In this document: positions 61,093 to 64,000 of the stretch, one piece after another
How the letters are laid out: each line of letters opens with the position of its first letter
Numbering within the stretch: position 1 is the stretch's first letter
Assembly (NCBI GenBank): GCA_048128005.1
Contig: JBEUKZ010000009.1
Coordinates: 1-64,000, forward strand
DNA from: Veleropilina oligotropha
Lineage: Eukaryota
Direction of reading: 5' to 3'
Length of the DNA stretch: 64,000 bases
Notes under the pieces: generated by a model
What the model saw: the letters and a program-made list of their open reading frames with translations, nothing else
Told to the model about the DNA's origin: nothing
Databases searched by the model: none
Translations under genes and position numbers: made by a program

Positions 61093-62347
61093 ATGAGGTT
61101 TTAATGTAAACCTAATATGAGGTTTTAATGTAAACCTAATATTAGTATAAAACATACTTACGTCCTTACTCTTGCCATAATAGTAATATTATTGCCAAAC
61201 CGGAAACAGTGAATAAGTCACATTATGCACTATTAATAAGTCAAAGACGCAAAAACGTACCACGGTTACCTCCCCTGCTCCTCCTCCCCCACGTTCCCCC
61301 GCGCGCCAAGTCTCGCGAGACTTCTGAACCATAGAAGTCACATGACATCAATTCAAAGTTCAAAAACCACAAAGGAACGTAGTAGAGGGGAGGAATGCGA
61401 AACGCAGGGTGGGTAATCGTGGTAAGGACGTAAGTATGTTTTATACTAATATTAGGTTTACATTAAAACCTCATATATAGTTACAAACATACTTACGTCC
61501 TTACTCTTGCCAGAATAACCTTGGATAGGTGGGTAAGACGTTCCTTACAACAAACCCAAACAAGATAATGACTTACTTGTCACCAATTCAATCAGCATGA
61601 AGCGTTGATTGTGTCCGCCTAGAGTGGAATTTTTACTGAGTATTATATTCTACTCTTACCAAGCGAGAATTTCGACCAGTGTTACCGGGAGAATACGCCG
61701 TGGTATTAGTCGGACGAGGTGAACGGAAGTGCAATCAGCCCCAGGCACGGCCGGAAGGATAAATCCCTGTAGGTCTTACGTGTCATGGACCAGTGGCAGC
61801 CAAATGGGACTCCGGGCCTATAGGCCGGTAGCCAGAGGATGCAGTCGGATTTGTAAGCACACGGAACCTAACAGGTTGTGAAAACTTTAAATCAAAAGCA
61901 AAGAATTAATAGATTATTATAAATAATCGATATTAATAAGTAATTTGCATGACCAACTTGCGAACGCTAACATGGATGACATGTCACTTAAAATAAATTT
62001 TAAGGAAGCAAAAATGTTCGACATGTTACTTAAAAATAAATGTTAAGGAATCAACATTTTTTAAATGTATTGAACATCGTATGTTCGATTACAGCAAAGA
62101 ACATAGTAATATTGAACCTCAATCTTTTTAAGATTTGTGCAAAATTATAAAAGTTGTTTTATTAAATTCAATGTAATCTGGCTGTCAACTGCTCAGGTCT
62201 GACATGAAAAGTACAAAATCTTAAATTAGATTTAAGAAATGAACAGACATTGAACTGCCTCATAGGTGTTAATTTTCGTAGCACCGTTGGCCAACAGAAA
62301 TAAAATGGCGTCAGTAAATATGTAAATGATCAATCAGAGAACAATAC

Positions 62348-64000
62348 TTACTGATTAGAAGACCTCGGTCTAACAATAACCCTTTGTGCAGCAACACACT
62401 GTAAGCTGCTCAGGCCATCAGCACTTGTTGAGTAGTCCCGCAGATAATGTTTGACAAACACATTAGCGTTTTTCCAATATCCAGCCTGGAGTAACGCATT
62501 GATATTTAAATTATGTCGGAATGCTACAGACGCGGCAATTGCCCGGACTTCATGTGCGCGGACCGATAAAATAGTTTGGTCGTCGTCATCACAACGGATG
62601 TAAACATCTCTCACAGTTTGTGAAATCCACCGCGAAACAGTTGTCCTCGTAATGTCGCGGGTGTAAGTAGGCAAATACGATACGAATAAACGTAATTTCC
62701 CTGTCCGCATTTCACGGGTTCTGTCTAGGTAGAAGCGAAGCGCCCGTACCGGGCAATTGAGGCGGTCTGCATCGTGCCGTCCGACTAGCGTTAGCTTGGG
62801 AATAACAACATCGGGTGCGTCCTCGTTCGGCCGTTGGTTCTTGGCTAGAAAGCCAAGAATAGGACGCAGTATCACCGACCCGTCTGACTGGAATCGTATA
62901 TCTCTTAGCTCGGAGGAGAAAGCATGGATCTCGGAACAACGCCTGCCCGACGCTAAGGCGATCAGAAAAACCGTTTTGTGCGTCAAGTTCCTCATGGTTA
63001 TCTCGGACATCGGCTCATACGGGGGTAAGAGTAATGCGTTAAGAATAAGTACGATATTCCAGGCAGGTGGCTTAATTCTTCGGGTCGGTATCTCGAGTTC
63101 GTAAGATCGTATAAAATCTGATATCGTTCGGTCGCTTGATAGGCCAGCATGGGCACGACACTGCTTTAGCGTGGTCGCGATCGTTGCCCGATAGCCTTTG
63201 ACGGCGGACACTGACATACCGCGGTCGAAGAGCGACGATAAAAACTCGATAAACTTGTTCACAGGGGGACGGAGTATATTGACCTGCCTGCTGTGACACC
63301 AATCCACGTACTTAACCCATCGGTAGTCATAGACTTTTGTCGTGGAAATCCTTCTCGATCGATAGATACGTAAGGCTGTAGCTTTAGAAAATCCTTTCTT
63401 AGCAAGGGATCGTTCGATAACCGCCAGGCGTGTAAACGTAAGTGGTTCGGCGACTCGTGGAGTACACGGGAGCGTGGTTGCATTAACAGGTCTAGTTTCT
63501 GCGGTAACGCTAACGGTCGATCGACGATCAGATCGAGGAGGGTCGGAAACCAAGGTTGCGTGCGATACAGGGGCGCTATTAGCGTTATCTCGCAACGTTC
63601 GGTCGCTGCCTTCTGTAATACCAGTGATAGAATGCACGTCGGGGGGAAGGCATACGCAGACAGATTCTCCCATGTCATTGACATTGCGTCGACCGCTAGG
63701 GCGGCCGGGTCTGGGTACGGGGAGACATACAGAGGTAGTCGGTAATTGAATTCTGTTGCAAACAAATCGACTTGGGGTTGCGACCACCGGCGGCAAACAT
63801 CCCGAGCTACTCGGCTGTGTAGCGTCCACTCTGTGTGTATTATCTGTGATCTCCGAGAGAGCGAATCCGCTCTGACATTCAGCTTTCCCGGGATGTGTCG
63901 GGCTCGAATCGTCGAGTTGAGGGACATCACTAAGCGGTGTAGGTCTATTGCTCGGTCGCATAGGGGACGCGAGCGAGTACCGCCCTGGTGCTGTATGTAA
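62348..64000 (-). CDS. DIRS copy 4 tyrosine recombinase ORF (partial, window edge)
   Basis: GRRCSEI, HEVR, GYW and KHYL. Confidence 0.9.
   Translation of the reverse strand, partial: LHTAPGRYSLASPMRPSNRPTPLSDVPQLDDSSPTHPGKAECQSGFALSEITDNTHRVDATQPSSSGCLPPVVATPSRFVCNRIQLPTTSVCLPVPRPGRPSGRRNVNDMGESVCVCLPPDVHSITGITEGSDRTLRDNANSAPVSHATLVSDPPRSDRRSTVSVTAETRPVNATTLPCTPRVAEPLTFTRLAVIERSLAKKGFSKATALRIYRSRRISTTKVYDYRWVKYVDWCHSRQVNILRPPVNKFIEFLSSLFDRGMSVSAVKGYRATIATTLKQCRAHAGLSSDRTISDFIRSYELEIPTRRIKPPAWNIVLILNALLLPPYEPMSEITMRNLTHKTVFLIALASGRRCSEIHAFSSELRDIRFQSDGSVILRPILGFLAKNQRPNEDAPDVVIPKLTLVGRHDADRLNCPVRALRFYLDRTREMRTGKLRLFVSYLPTYTRDITRTTVSRWISQTVRDVYIRCDDDDQTILSVRAHEVRAIAASVAFRHNLNINALLQAGYWKNANVFVKHYLRDYSTSADGLSSLQCVAAQRVIVRPRSSNQ
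63259..64000 (-). CDS. DIRS copy 4 ORF2 C-terminus: end of RNase H and methyltransferase-like domain (partial)
   Basis: HIPGKLNVRADSLSR, VDLFA and YAFPP. Confidence 0.88.
   Translation of the reverse strand, partial: YIQHQGGTRSRPLCDRAIDLHRLVMSLNSTIRARHIPGKLNVRADSLSRRSQIIHTEWTLHSRVARDVCRRWSQPQVDLFATEFNYRLPLYVSPYPDPAALAVDAMSMTWENLSAYAFPPTCILSLVLQKAATERCEITLIAPLYRTQPWFPTLLDLIVDRPLALPQKLDLLMQPRSRVLHESPNHLRLHAWRLSNDPLLRKDFLKLQPYVSIDREGFPRQKSMTTDGLSTWIGVTAGRSIYSVPL

Larger units (their letters stand above)
61117..64000 (-). mobile_element. DIRS copy 4 (3' part; continues beyond the window), very similar to copy 2
   Basis: ITR from 61117, ICR ~61423-61513, YR ORF 62348-63961, and the C-terminus of RNaseH-MT. 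Confidence 0.95.

Overview
AT-rich metazoan DNA, probably an invertebrate (inferred from the repeat content), made almost entirely of transposable elements and tandem repeats. No host protein-coding gene is recognisable. Four DIRS1-type tyrosine-recombinase retrotransposons lie on the minus strand: a decayed divergent copy (22441-30906), an intact copy inside an (ACAT)n microsatellite (38535-45992), and two nested copies (57218-64000). A three-element nest fills 6889-14783: an Academ(X)-type DNA transposon with long TIRs contains a MULE and a Penelope-like element whose pLTRs carry hammerhead-like motifs. Also present are a Tc1 (DD34E) nested in a Harbinger-like MITE, RTE, Vingi/Ingi-like and L2/CR1 LINE remnants, tRNA-derived SINEs, Helitron and Helentron-like elements, MITEs and minisatellites. 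The most interesting signals come from comparing the DIRS copies by eye: (i) a candidate spliceosomal intron starting at the recombinase stop codon in all four copies; (ii) gag in frame with the YR ORF across one conserved UAG, with no usable AUG for pol; (iii) co-varying stem-loops in the 5' leader that fit the antisense strand better; (iv) termini and ICR that change together in each copy. All alignments and folds are manual and need computational confirmation.
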